A stretch of DNA of 64,000 bases. Origin: Klebsormidium nitens (Eukaryota > Plantae > Klebsormidiophyceae). A program made the translations under genes and the position numbers. Below, in pieces: positions 17,201 through 30,100 of the stretch. The stretch covers positions 1-64,000 of the forward strand of contig DF237224.1 in assembly GCA_000708835.1 (NCBI GenBank). Reading direction: 5' to 3'. The notes under the pieces were generated by a model. That model made no database searches and was not told the origin of the DNA. It saw nothing but the letters and a program-made list of their open reading frames with translations. Positions within the stretch are counted from its first letter, which is position 1. Every line of letters starts with the position of its first letter.

Positions 17201-19948
17201 AGAATGTCGATCTTGCCGAAGTCGTTGGCAACCTTCTCCGCACACTCCTGCACCGACGTGCAGAAGGGTATCGTCGTTAACTTGCACCAGTTGCAGAATA
17301 CTGAGAGAAGCGATCTGACGCGTCCACTCGGACTGTCCTGCTTAGCATCTGATGTTCGTTCCAAGCCGTAACATGTGAGCCGCTTCCGGCTCACAATACT
17401 CTCTGCTTTTAGTAAAGTAGCGCAGTGGATGCTGGCGGCTTGAAGATTCATTTCCGTGAAGCTCGCGAAGCCTTTTCGAAGAGCCTCTCTTACACGATGT
17501 TGCTTGGTAAAGTTACGGCGAGCGTTGTCCGACGGATCTGGCAGTAGGCTTCAAAAAGCGCAAGGATTGTAACAACATATGAAATCTTATCAAGTATTCG
17601 AGGCTCCTTCCGTCACCCTCTGGATACCTACCGAGATTGTGAAGCCAGCTGCTCCAGCGTACCGCTTGTTCGTGGCAATCTGCAACGGACCGACACCAAG
17701 ACAACGTCAGCAGAGCAGCCAAAACCGAGTCTAAACAAGAGTTGGGAGTTCGGTTTCACTGAACCTGGGTTTTTGAGTTCATAATGTAGCTCACTCCGAC
17801 CAACTTCTAGTTCTTGTGTCAACGGAACCAGTTTGAATCAGCAGCAGACTACCCAAATCACACTGAATCTTTCACCAATCCTAGGGTATTGCTCGTAAAC
17901 AAAAGTTCAAGACACAAAAGATTCCCAAACCCCTTGAGGACAAACCAACTTGAGTCTGAGCCTCCATAAGTCCTTCTTACAGTTGGCAAGAAGCACATTG
18001 AGTACGCCTGTCGTGACGGAAAAAGTCTCGACCGCTCGACAGTCTCTGTAAGATTGTGTCCGAATTTACGAAACGGAGGGCGAGAATAGCATACTGCAAG
18101 AAAACGGAGTCGAATAAAAAGAGATTGGGAACTGCGTGCTCACGTCTTCGGGGACGTCTTCCGGCTTGTCGAACGCCGCGTCTAGGGGATACACCTTGGC
18201 AAACTCAAGCATCTGACCGTTGGACAATCTGGACAAGGGGGCACAGGAATCTAGTATTAAAGTAATACATTATTATCTACTGTTTTCAGTATAGACTCTT
18301 GTCCGCTATTACGAAAAGTGTTTGTGCATCCCACAGCAAGTGCGCATCAAGCATAGATTCGAGCGCCTGTTGAAGCGAGGGAGAGAAACGGGTCGAAGGT
18401 GAATTGCCTCATACAGCTAATCTGGGCCTGTACACGAGTTCCATCCATCAAAATGTGCCGTGTCATAGATTGCTGGGAGCGACACGAGTGCGCTAAAGCA
18501 TGCTGTTCCAGTCCCGAACGTTCTCATCCTTTGCAGGATGATATTAAAAGGTAGCCCGGGCTGGTCATTATTCATCGGAAGCGTGGTTTAAATCTAACCT
18601 CGAGTCCAACACTCTTCGCTAGTTTTCAGTGGGTTGCAGGTCGACTCACTTGCGAGAGTCGTCGAACTTGCCCATCTTTAGACTTTTCTCGAAGATGCCG
18701 AGAGCCTGCGTCAACAAAGACAATGCAGGATAAGGGAGAGTCATTGTCCAATCTCAACCGCCACCTGTCGAACCTTGTTGAACAAAGCACAATCCACGGT
18801 GATTGTCGTGTGGTAGGTTGCAAAGCTTGCCGTAGTGGAATGACAAACGGCAGCCGGCACCCAGATTGCTCGGTGCAAAGGTAATTAGCCCTGTTTCTGG
18901 TTTGCTTTTCCCTTAGTCAATTACTAGTCTTGTTGAGGATGTTTGTGAACAAAGCAACAAAAGGGAAGCCCTTCAAGTCGCTAAAGTTTTCCGATTCCGA
19001 AAGCTGGCCCGAAACTTGTTCTTATCCTGGACTCCAAAGCAATGACAGAGAGTCCTGGGGTGGCCCGCAGCATGACTTTACAGCTTAGATATGTCGCGCA
19101 CGACTGACTAATCATTCGCACTTCAGAGAGTTGACCAGAAACAGAACCACCGCATGCTTCGACCAACAGCCCAGTCCGCTGAAGTGAGCCACCCCTGCCG
19201 GCTGACCAGTCTTACTGTTCAGAGTAACTGGGGATGCAATATATAGCCAAACGTTTCTCCCTTACCGGCACCCACGTCCCCAGGATGATCTCTGCGCCTG
19301 CCTCTGCCAGGGCCTTGCTGATGGCCCACCCAAAGCCCTGGTCGTCCGCAACGCCAGCCACAAACGCCTTCTTCCCTGTCAGGGAGGACGTCAAACTCTA
19401 CCTGAGGACCATAACCCTCGATTGCACTTGCCTAAGCTGAGGAGGTAGGGCTGCCAGTAGCATCCCAGGGCGACCTTCAGTCGTGTTCCCACTGGACGAA
19501 CTACCAGGAACAATCCTGGTTGATTCTGACCAGGCTTCGACCAGTAATTACAAAGTCGCGTTGAACCAGAGAAACTGAATTGATTGGCCCCCAGACTACC
19601 ACTCTGCAATTTCGCACGCCTTTCCGACTGGTGTCGATCTTTATTTCAGAAGGTTTGAATTGGGCACTGACCGGTAAGATCGATGGGGAGGCCCGCCGCC
19701 CTGGCCTGCCCCGCTTCTCTTGTTTGGCTCACTGCGGCCGTGCTCTGCTGCCGGACCACTCTCCTCAAACTGGGGGACCCTCCAGTGGCTGCTGACCTCG
19801 AGAAACCAAGGCTGGCGGGGGAGGCGGCCGAGTGCGCGGGTGCGAACGCACTCACGAGGGCGCGTTTACATTGGTTGCTGCGAGGAGTGGTGGTGTGGAG
19901 GGAGAGGCTGGAGAGGGTGGTGGAGCGGGCCAGAGCAGCGGACGCCAT
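14296..19948 (-). CDS. ENR1: Plastid enoyl-[ACP] reductase (NADH), FabI/MOD1 type, about 10 exons
   Basis: Transit peptide exon from 19948, then [58 protein letters not shown] (~18650-18705), [28 protein letters not shown] (~18144-18228), [49 protein letters not shown]...[22 protein letters not shown] (catalytic Y..K), [18 protein letters not shown] and [16 protein letters not shown]...AKAAS*. Confidence 0.97.
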
Positions 19949-22132
19949 TGCGGCGGCAGATCTGAAAGAAGACAGCGACCGTCAACGACCAACGATGGAA
20001 ATCTTCAGTTGATGAAGGGCGCAATGCACTTTTGCTCTCCTTGTTCGCTTTGTACGTATGCAGTGGGGCAGCCAGTAGCTTCAAGTTTTGAAGATAAGGA
20101 CAACTTGTTGCTGATGAGAGGTGTCGTGTAAAAGACCACAACTGTGAGCAAGATGAGTTTGCAATACAAATTGCCTCAATTCTGAGGGCGTCAGAACCAC
20201 AGAGCAAAGTGGTGTTGGAAAGCGGGAGTCAAAGTACAAGGAGGCGATCTCTTCTTCTTCTCCAAAATGGTCACAGGAAAAGTGGGTGGTGGCAGCTGTG
20301 GTGCGGCCTTCAGCATCAGCAATGATTACAAGCTGGTCAAGGTTTGTTTTTGTGCGGGCTTCCTTGATGAAATTTGATCGGGTATATGCTCGGATCCTCT
20401 GATTTGCATTTCGCAAATTGCTAGTTTCAGCTGTAAGAAATACTTTCCGCAGCAAGTTTCTTATTCTTGATGAAAGTGCTTAAGGATGGCAACGGGCAGC
20501 AATACTGCAGAAACTACAGCATCGATCCACTATTCTTTCATCGCCGCCTGCTCCATGGAATGAGCAGTGCGTGCATTTTCCTGAGGACCGCATCATGGAA
20601 GTGAAATAGCAACTTGTTTCAGTGGATCGACTCCTGCAGCACAGGTCTGCTGTGAAGCCTCAGTTGAACGGGCCTGAGCCAAGGGTGCACCTTTCTTTGA
20701 GAAATTGAATCCAATCAGAATTCTATCAAAGCGATTGATTGAAGTGACAGTACCAGCGATTCATTGGCGACTACGCACGACACCTTGAACAAGCTGAACA
20801 GCAAATCGGTGAGTGCACACGAACGGACGCCTTTGCCAGGCAACTGCCGAGCAATGCTGAGGATCTCAGCCATCCAAGCGATCATGCTGTGGTGGCGAAC
20901 AAACTTCGCATGCTTCCTGATCTGCCGTTTGTTGGACAAGATGGCAAGGAGTGTGAGGGTCTACATTCTCTTCTTAGTCATCATGAAGCTCAATTGCCAA
21001 GATTGAGAGCATCGTAAGAAAGTTCACCGCAGACAAAATCGGAAGGTTTTTGAAGCTTGCAGGAGGGTGCAGGAAAAGGTTGCCAAGCTTACCAGAATCC
21101 TAGAATGCTGTTGGCGCCGTTTCCGTGAATGCAATGCAGGAGCCTAAAGAGCCTCTTACGCGGCTCGCATTCACTGGTGGAAATGGCAGGCAGAAGATAC
21201 AACTGAATGCGCTCCTAAATCAGATTACAACTTACAGAGAAGCTACCGGTACTGCCAATACTGGAGAATGATGTCGATGCATCCATTCAATGGCATGGGA
21301 ATCAGTGTTCGACACGAGCCGTCACTCCAGGCAAACGTCAGCCGACGGAATCGCCACCCGGCCGACTCAACCGAGGGGCGTCGGCCGAAAAGACAACAGA
21401 ATCGAGGTATGTTTCAGGGGTTTGCCTGACAGAAGCCGACCGGTTCAGAGATCCAGCCGACTGACTGAAGAACAGTCGGCTCTCAGCCGACAAAATAAAA
21501 TCTCCGTGTCGAACGCTGATGGGAATGCAGGCAGAATGTGGGCGAGCAGAATCTTGATCTGTGGCTCAGAAGCATGTGGTAGAAGTGCCAGCTGGCATGC
21601 ATGGCTGACGGGGAACGCGACCCCGGCTCTTTTCATTCTTGACACCGCCAACACGAGTCGTCGGCCTTGACGCGACACGCGGTTCGATATCGTGTACAAT
21701 GTCTCCGTTTGTATAGGGCCTAGAAGTTGAAGCAAATGTGTCCGAAGTTGCGATGAACGTATCCGGGCGCCAGAACAGTGTCATGTAGGAACTGGAAATA
21801 AGGTGCATATTTGCGTTTTAGGGTTTTAGTTTTGCTGTCGACCATACTCGGGCCCCCTGCACAGAACGTTTTCAGAAGCTAGCTTGCACGCGGGCTTGCC
21901 CAGGGGCTGCTGCGCTGCTGCTTTCGCAGCCCTGGGACTTGCATCAAGCACGCTCAACTTCAAGGAAAGGCGTCCAGTGCCAGTGGTAGTGAAAATCAGA
22001 TCTCACTTGAGTCCTCTGACCTTTAGTTTGTTATTGGAAGAAGCGCAGGACATCTGTCAGTATCCAAGTTTCTTTGGGCCGGAGTCCAGACATTTGAGGG
22101 TTGCTCTTTTTGAGGGCGGGCTTGGTGGGAGC

Positions 22133-23441
22133 ATGGGCATCACCAAGGCAGATACCGTCAAGCTGATCAGTGCAGAGGGGTTCGAGTTTGTAATACACAA
22201 GGAGGCGGCCATGATTTCAAACACTCTCAAGAATATGCTCAGCTCCTCAGGTGAAGGGGCTTCACTTTTGCTCCGCTTGTCCTTTGCACCTTATTCCCCT
22301 AGATGAGAAGAGAGCGCAAGCGTTTGAACAACTTGACAGTTCTAGTTGCCCATGTTTTGTCTTCTTCACCTCTAGTTCAGAGATTATGCTTCCTGCTTAC
22401 TGCAAAGTTCGGGCATCACTACGCTCCACTTAGAACAAACTTAGGGTTTTGGGATAGTGTGACCTAAAAGTTTTGGTGATTGTGACTGTGTTTAATGAAT
22501 ATCAGGAGCTGAAGCCTGCTGCAAGAAGTTGCACTCTTTGCTCAAATAAGAATCCTCTGCTTTGCCATGTCCATATTGCAAGGAAGAAGGTAACCTGGAG
22601 TCTGGTGAATCTGGTAACTGGAGCTGGTGGATTTGACCATGGAAACCGTCAGACTTTCCTCCATCACATCAAACTTGACCATCGGGTGAAGTGAATTGGG
22701 AAATCCCCTTTGTTCAGCGCGTAAAACTTTGTTGGAATTCCCAGGAATTCCAACAAAGTTGCTTGCAACGAGGGAGCCCGCTTTACATGTACACCCCCAT
22801 AACTCTCAAGATGGGCCAGCTTTTGTTTTCTGTAGGGGGCTTCCAAGAGACGGAACTTGGGGAAGTGCGATTTCCTGAAATTAGTACACCAATCCTGGAA
22901 AAGCTTTGTCAATTCTTCTACTACAAGCTACGGTACACGAATAGGTGAGCCCCTACCACATTGGCAACAGTTAGATTCACTGCCGCCGTTTCAAATCGAC
23001 GGTTCGACCAACTCTCATATGGATGCATGAAAATATTCTTTGTTCTCGCTCCAGCTCTGTTGCTCTCATCAGCAATTGTTTGAACGCAGAAACATTCTGC
23101 TTTTCAAGTTCTGTGAGATGTATGGCCATCCGGTGTTGTATTGCTTGTACTTTCTCCCACAGTGGGCTGTTCCTAGAAAGCTTCACACAGTGGTCCTGGC
23201 TTCTGACTTTCAGCATGTGGACGATTCATGTCCTTCTCTTGGGATGACAGTTGGACCAGACTTTGAGACTGTACAATCACCAATCTTTGCGTCGTGGGAG
23301 AAAGCTGACATTTTCAAAGGGGAACTGCTGACCTGACTCCTCATCCTATGCAGCGCCGCGGTGAAGAATGTTCCAGAATTTAAAATCGAGCCAGAGATTG
23401 CTATTGAGCTATTGATGGCATCCAATTTCTTAGATTGCTAA
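22133..23441 (+). CDS. ELOC: Elongin C (SKP1/BTB fold), 3 exons
   Basis: 22133-22250 [39 protein letters not shown]; 22836-22944 [35 protein letters not shown]; 23354-23441 [28 protein letters not shown]. Phases are compatible. Confidence 0.96.
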
Positions 23442-24779
23442 CCTGATCGGAAGGCAAAACGAGATGGTACATACTTCTATTGGTTACAATACGTAAGGCT
23501 TACCTTACAGCATAGTCGAAGAAACCTTGCCTGCACAGCCACGAGCTGCATGCTCTAATCCAGCATCATGGCAGTGCGATAGGAAGTTAGCCTATAAGTT
23601 AAACCCGCTCGTTGGAACCAGGACGGGAGGACTACCGTTCTACTAGACTCCCCAATCCGTCCGAGTTTCTGGCTACCATGATTCACGGCGATAGACCCGA
23701 TGTCAACGACCCGGCGTCATAGTCCGCCGATGTTAATCGATCCCCAGGCTTTCTGCCTTGAGCCTCAAGCTCCGATCGGAGTTTGCAGCGCTACGTCCAA
23801 ACTTGGACCACGTGATCGATTCGTATCTGGTATATGTGTGGCGAGTCGGTGCATCACCAGATCACGTGGTCACTGCGTGCGCCGCCGCGCATATGATGTG
23901 TTGTTCATTTTATGCTCGGAGCGACTGTACATGGCAATATCTTCGTGATCGGATCGCGATCGACATCATATGTCCGGCCTGGCCGCCATGTGAGCTTTAT
24001 CCGAAATGGCATTATACTATAGTCGATATATAGTAAAGAGATCGTATAGAGTTAGAATATGGTAGCCAGCGGGCCTAGGCTGCATATCGGTCTTCGAAAT
24101 TAATTGCATGTTACGGATGATACAATTCGAACTTCGATCAAGTGATCGACATACTGTGACGCGCGGTCCGAATGATCGAGAGCTGCCCTGCTTAAGAGTC
24201 ATTGCGCTCCAACATGTGGGCGGCCGGGCCGCGGCCGGGATCGGACTCATGATGCACAGGCTTTGAAATGGCCATATGGCACAAGTCAATGAGTTGAGTT
24301 GCGTTATTGTCAATTTGAACGGATCTCAAATATGCAATCATGCACGATGGCAAAAACACGTCCATGATGATGGCGTAGCTATGGCCCGGCCGCCCGGGCC
24401 TCTGTCACGACTTTGCGTGCGAAGGAGTAGTCACTGCCGCCAGCACAAGCTGGTGACTACCGACAGCCTGTCCTTACATGCAGCCGCGCACCTTGCCGCG
24501 GCTTGCCGGAAATGTACACACTTTTCTTATTCAGTAAAGGGTTGTTTGAAAGACTCGGGTGGCGCTGTCACGCACTAATGGACGGTGTCAAGACTTCAGC
24601 CATTAGTCAATCGGCCAAGCAACACGAAGTGCTAAGATTCAACAGCTACTTCAGAACGTTCTGCAATGCATGCCACTATCAACGTACGACAGTTGAGGCA
24701 ACAACTCGAGACTGTTCCGACTTAGCTTTGAGGGCAGGCTTCCCCACGTCTTGAATCTACTTTTGATCTTCTTGTTGCA

Positions 24780-26637
24780 TTACGTACCTTCAGCTTCGTC
24801 TTTGCCGAACCACTCCATCTGGAAAAAGACAGACTCGTGCTCATTGCATCACACATCACGATTGAGATAAGGACATCGTAGAACAGAATCAGACCATATA
24901 ACCAAAAGCAACAGCTCAATTGAGATTACGATACCATTCCCTCGAACATGGACTCTAAAGTGCTAACTCCGCAAATGTCACAGAGATTGTCTTTGACGAT
25001 CTGACCAAGGAAGGTGGCATACTCAGGGTGCATCCGACCAGTATCTGGACCAGTATCTGGATGCCCTGTAATCCACATGTAAGGAGACTGTTGGGCCGAA
25101 TTTAGCCGTTGCCTGACTCCCTGATGATCATTCGAAAGGTTCCAGCTCTTTGACTTTCCTTGAGCAGAATCGGACTCTCCAACGTTCTGACAGCAGGTAG
25201 TTGGCTTATCTTTGAAAGTGACGGGTCAGGACACACAGGGGCCTGCGCCTCACCTTCCAGGCGTACATTGCGACCATGGCTATGCAGTCGGCCGTGAAGA
25301 CGCCCGCAAACGACTTCCAAAACACGGGGATGAGCACGTTGATCACCGGGATGAGCACGAACAAATAGTTGAGGGCCTCCTTCTCAGGCGCAGAGCAGTC
25401 CCGCGCTCGCAACGACGGCACCGCTGCAAACAGACACGCAAGTGATGCTTGATGCGCGCCTCACAATCTACTTACTGAACAGCCTTCGCGCCAAACGATT
25501 TAAGCCGGCTGAAGAGACCCGATTGATGTTGCGATGAACAGAAGGCACTTTGATCCTAATCCCCCAAACATTCAAATCAAAGTGAATAGCCTCTGACCAG
25601 GCTGATTCACTCATACAGCTCAATCCGTTGATTGCCACCTCCCGAACCATCGCGAGGTCCTGCCGTCAGAACACCGATAGACCAATCTCTGGGCATGTCT
25701 TTGACCAGTCACCCCAGTAAAGAAGACATCGAGCTCTGAATGTAGAGGAGCTCTGGATGCTTCCTCACCAAGCATCCAGACGGACCACATCCCTAGCAGG
25801 CGCGCAATGTCGGGGCGGTCGGAGGGGAAGATGAGGTTATACGACAGCAAGAAACCGGCCACAATGGACAGCCATGCCTGCACCTCAAAGACGGTGTAGA
25901 GCACGGTGCCTTGTGTGGCGGGGTTCTTGCTCTTGGTTGATGCGCGCGGGGCGAACGTGGCCGCCGTCTTGCGCACCACCTGCAAAATGCAAGCGGCCCA
26001 AGGGAGAAAGCGTCATCACATGAGGAGTACTAGTTGTGCCATAGCGCCGCCTTTTGAAATCTTACATACCTCAGGATTCAACCTTTTGCTTGGAGCACAG
26101 GCGTTTAAGCAGGGGGGAAATACCAAGGGGGGCCGTCAAAGAACAGCCTTCACGACGCATGTTTGCTGCTTTCTTCATGCCACATCCTGACGCTCCATTT
26201 AGTACCTAAGTCCTAGGAAGGGCCATGGCCCAACAGAGGGGGACATGTGCAGAAAGTGGTGTGTCAAGTTCCCATACCTTGGACACCTCTTTATCCAGCG
26301 CCACACCTTTCGCCTTGTCGGCCCCTTGATTCTCCTCTGCTCCCCTCTCGGTTGTGGTTTCAGGCGCACTCTCGGTGTCTGCCTCTGCCCGTGCCCCAAC
26401 CCACCGTCGCGACTGCATTTTGCGGTGGGGCCTCCATGTTTGCTGCCGGGAGCACCCACTGGCGGCCTGCCCAGATTTGTCCCACCGGTGCGCGCTACCA
26501 TTTGCAAGCTCTAACAACACTGCCGACAATGAGCCAACCGGAAACCTTGCACAGGCAGTGGTGGTACTACGCAAAGGTATAAGAGACCCCTGTGTACCAA
26601 GTAAAGACGCCTGTACTGAGATTATGCTGGTAGCCAT
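24780..26637 (-). CDS. RPH1: RESISTANCE TO PHYTOPHTHORA 1-like chloroplast membrane protein, 4 exons
   Basis: Exons 26637-26278 (transit peptide...LDKEVSK), 25979-25769 (VVRKTAATFAPRASTKSKNPA..GTVLYTVFEVQ...RLLGMWSVWML), 25423-25254 (VPSLRARDCSAPEKEALNYLF...FWKSF...MYAWK) and 24818-24780 (MEWFGKDEAEGT*). These match the RPH1 motifs as I recall them. Confidence 0.9.
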
Positions 26638-26772
26638 GTTGAAAGGAAGCACTCGCCAGAACTATAGGTACACGAGGACCAAAATACTATGAGGACAACC
26701 CAGAGAGAATGCTACTGAGATGCGCAAGCGTGCAGCATTGAAAGTAACAAACTCAAGACAAGGCCCTAGCAA

Positions 26773-26817
26773 GGCTCAAGCTGCAGGCCAGTGGCTCAAG
26801 CTGCAGGCCAGTGGCTC
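26773..26817. repeat. 20-bp perfect tandem duplication in the divergent RPH1/CAS promoter
   Basis: GGCTCAAGCTGCAGGCCAGT occurs twice, followed by GGCTC. Confidence 0.9.
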
Positions 26818-27104
26818 CCCAGCTCTTTCTTCAGCTGCTGGAGCTTCTTTTCTGCACCTTTTCAATTTCTGTGCTTGAAGTTTTCTCCAGAAGAGAACAG
26901 CAAGGCTCGACCGAGGCTGTCGTTCCGTCGCGGACCCCCGTCGGAACCAGGGAACGGAACGGCCCTAACTGCGAGATCTTGAAAAGCTTCCGGCCACTGT
27001 TTCGTGTCGTGACTGTTTCAGAACCTTCCATTCGCAAATTCAGCTTCCGTCTACCGAGCTTCTCTCACTTTTCGCCATCTAGCGCCCCTCTCTCCCAGCC
27101 TAGC

Positions 27105-30100
27105 ATGGCTCAAACGGCTGTCCTTGCCCCTGCACAAGGGCTGTGCAACCTCAGCACCATTGTCAGGTCAGATGTGAGGGGAAAGAGCCCGTTCCTCGGA
27201 TCTAACGCTGCATTTGGCGCAAGGAGTGTTCCCAAACATGCTAGGCGGGGCCGCTTTCTCACTATGGCCGCAGCTGAAGAAACCGTTGCAGGGGGGATCA
27301 GCGTGGAGGACGTGCAGGGAGCGATCAACACAGTAAGGCCTCACATTGTGGCTTTGCATCCTTTCTACTGCCACAACCACCCAAGCCCTTGCTCACATTA
27401 GATGAAACAAGTGCCTCTAACAAGCTGTACCATTCAGTAGATTTGTTGCGCAATATTTATAATTATTTTCAAGCATCCTCGGTCACAGATCTACTGGCGT
27501 ATGCGCCACACAATGCAGCATTGTCCAAGAACAACCTAGATCTGATATGTGCCACCATGTGCTGCTCTTGCTGTTGTGGCTTGAAGCAGCAGACAGAACA
27601 CTTGAAGGTGGTTTGTTTGGTTGTGCTGCGCCAAACGCCCCACTACATCTCAGTCGGAAAGCCTGTTTCGAGGAGTACCTCATAGGCCTACATTACTGTT
27701 CTGGCATTGCTTTGGTTGACTCTCTGGGGATGCGCACGTCGCAGATAGAAGCTGACCAAAGAAACGGTTCATTAAATACATTCCTCGCACTACACATTCC
27801 GCGTATGCATATTTGGGCATGACTGGTGGCGCATGACGTTTTGTGTTGCTCATGCAAACTCAAAATCCTGCACGTCAGAAAAGTTGGCACTTTGCTGGGA
27901 ACCTCGACTTTGAATTACAATAACCCCAATACATTTGCCCCAGGATTTGTAGAAGTATGTAAAGATTGGTCTGAGCGCTGAAGTAACTTTTCTTGCGCAG
28001 GTCGCCAAGGTGACTGAGCAGGTGACGGCTGGGGCCAAGGTTGGGTATGAGACTGTTGCAGATGCTGTTGACAAGCTGGTCAAGTTCGCCAAACCCGCCG
28101 TCGAAACGGCTGCACCCGTCGTCAGTGTGAGTCATTCTGAAAGCTCTTTGATTCAGTACATTGAAGATTCATGGCAGGAATGCTTTGCAAAAGGATCACA
28201 GATGATGTCCTTGTCACTGGTGTTTGGAACGAGTCTTGGTCCACATTGCAGTGTTAGACTTTTAAAAGGCTCATTATTGCAACCGTGAAGGCGCATAAAC
28301 TGCGATAAAGAACGTAGTGGACTTTTGGTGCACCTGAACAACGTTTGGCTCGAAGATCATCAGACCAGAGGTTACTAGTGGCATGTCAATTTAAAGTCAT
28401 CTCCACCTGGGCAATGAATGCAGGCAAAGTGTAGATGCGGCTGATGTCAGTCGGACCACATCCAGCCAGCATAAGGCTTGCAAAAGATACAGCAAGCAGA
28501 GATGGTTTCTGAGAGTGCTGCGCGCCTAAGCGACCAGGGCTAGGCAGTGGTGTTGCGATCTGACTGATGGTTCTCCCTTGAACAGGAGTACACTGGGAAG
28601 GCTTTCAATGCCGCCACCCCCCTTGCCATTGATGCTGCAAATGAAGCGAAGAAGGCCCTGGAGTCCGCTGGCATCGACACCTCTGCAGCGGGACAGTATG
28701 TGAAGGTGGGTGGTCGGATACTGCGATGGCGAAGATGCAGGAAAACTGCTACTTCACTGACTCGCATGAAGTCCTTTGAAAAGAATCTTTAAGTCTCCGC
28801 TCTGCACTGGAAGCTTGCATTCGGTCAGAACGGATCTTTTCCTTGAACTGACAAGGGGGAGCCTTCATCACGGCTACCATTCTACTGTCTACTGCAACTC
28901 TTCCCTTCAGAATGCACATGTCCCTATTGACGGAGTGATTGTCGACCTCTCGGTTTCGAACTATTCGACCATTGAGTCAAGCAAAACTTCTTCTGGTAAT
29001 GCCACTTCCGCCTATAATGCATAAAAACCAATATAATTTTTGCATTCGAGGTTGCTCAATCTCGAAATACTCCGGATGCTGCAGAATCCTCGAGCGCCAA
29101 GCAACAAACCTCCAGGACTAAGAACCGACCCACTCAACCTCACATCCCAAACTTCAACCCTCAAATGCAAGATATACTCAAAAGTACATCGTTCTTTCCT
29201 TGTAGACCGCAACCAACATTGCCGGCACTGCCGCCGACACCGTCACCTCGGCCGCCAAGTCGGCCTCCCCCCTCGCTCTCTCCGCTCTCGAGACCACCCT
29301 TGCGCAGCAGCCCACTGTTCTGGCTGCCGGGGCTGGCGGCCTGTTTTTGCTTTACCTTTTGGCCCCCTCTCTTGTGGGGGGACTGGGGCAGGCCTTCAGG
29401 GGCTATGCAGGTGAGAGCCCCAAGAAGACTGCTTTGAGCCCGTGATATAGGGGATGAAAGCAAGGCTGAAAGTGGGGCGTTAGATTGGGGATTTGAGGTT
29501 CGACGGGAACGATCTGAGGGGCGTCTGTTTGGAAATGTCGTTGATGCATCGTGCGTGTGCAACGACAGCCGCAGTGCGTTTAGTGACTCCAGAGGGCAGG
29601 GTCACACAACAGTGGAGGGCAGGGCGGCAATTTGCGTAGGCAGATGGATGCTGAACTCGATCGCACCAACACACAGCTAACTGATCGAGACCCTGCCGAG
29701 AGGATCTGAGATTTGACCTTACATTCGAAAGTGCATGGACGAGAGCTCGTACGCGTTGGTGGGGTGGGTCCCCAATCCTCTGAACACTTCTAAAGGGCGC
29801 CTTTGGCAAACTACTGGGCGAGGCTACTTCTTCACAGTCGCTCAAAAAGTCCTGGCGAGGATACCCGGCGACCCGAAGTTGAAGTTTATGTCCGAGCCCA
29901 TTTTTCAGCAGTTGCTCAAAAAATCTCGTATGGGTCAGCAAGTGCAGCGACCCAAAGTCGACGCCTTTGCCTGGGTGTTCTTGCACGCAACAATTGAAGA
30001 CACCCCTTCTATTGCATTGCTTTGATTGAGTTACTTCATTAGCAAGGCGTTTCAGAAGACCTGGACGTCAGTAAGTAGTCGGGTTTAAAAAATTTGTGTG

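Noticed and set aside
25038-25061. 12-bp tandem duplication CCAGTATCTGGA in the last RPH1 intron; a similar 14-bp duplication at 63763-63790
   Set aside because: These are ordinary slippage-size duplications with no further structure.
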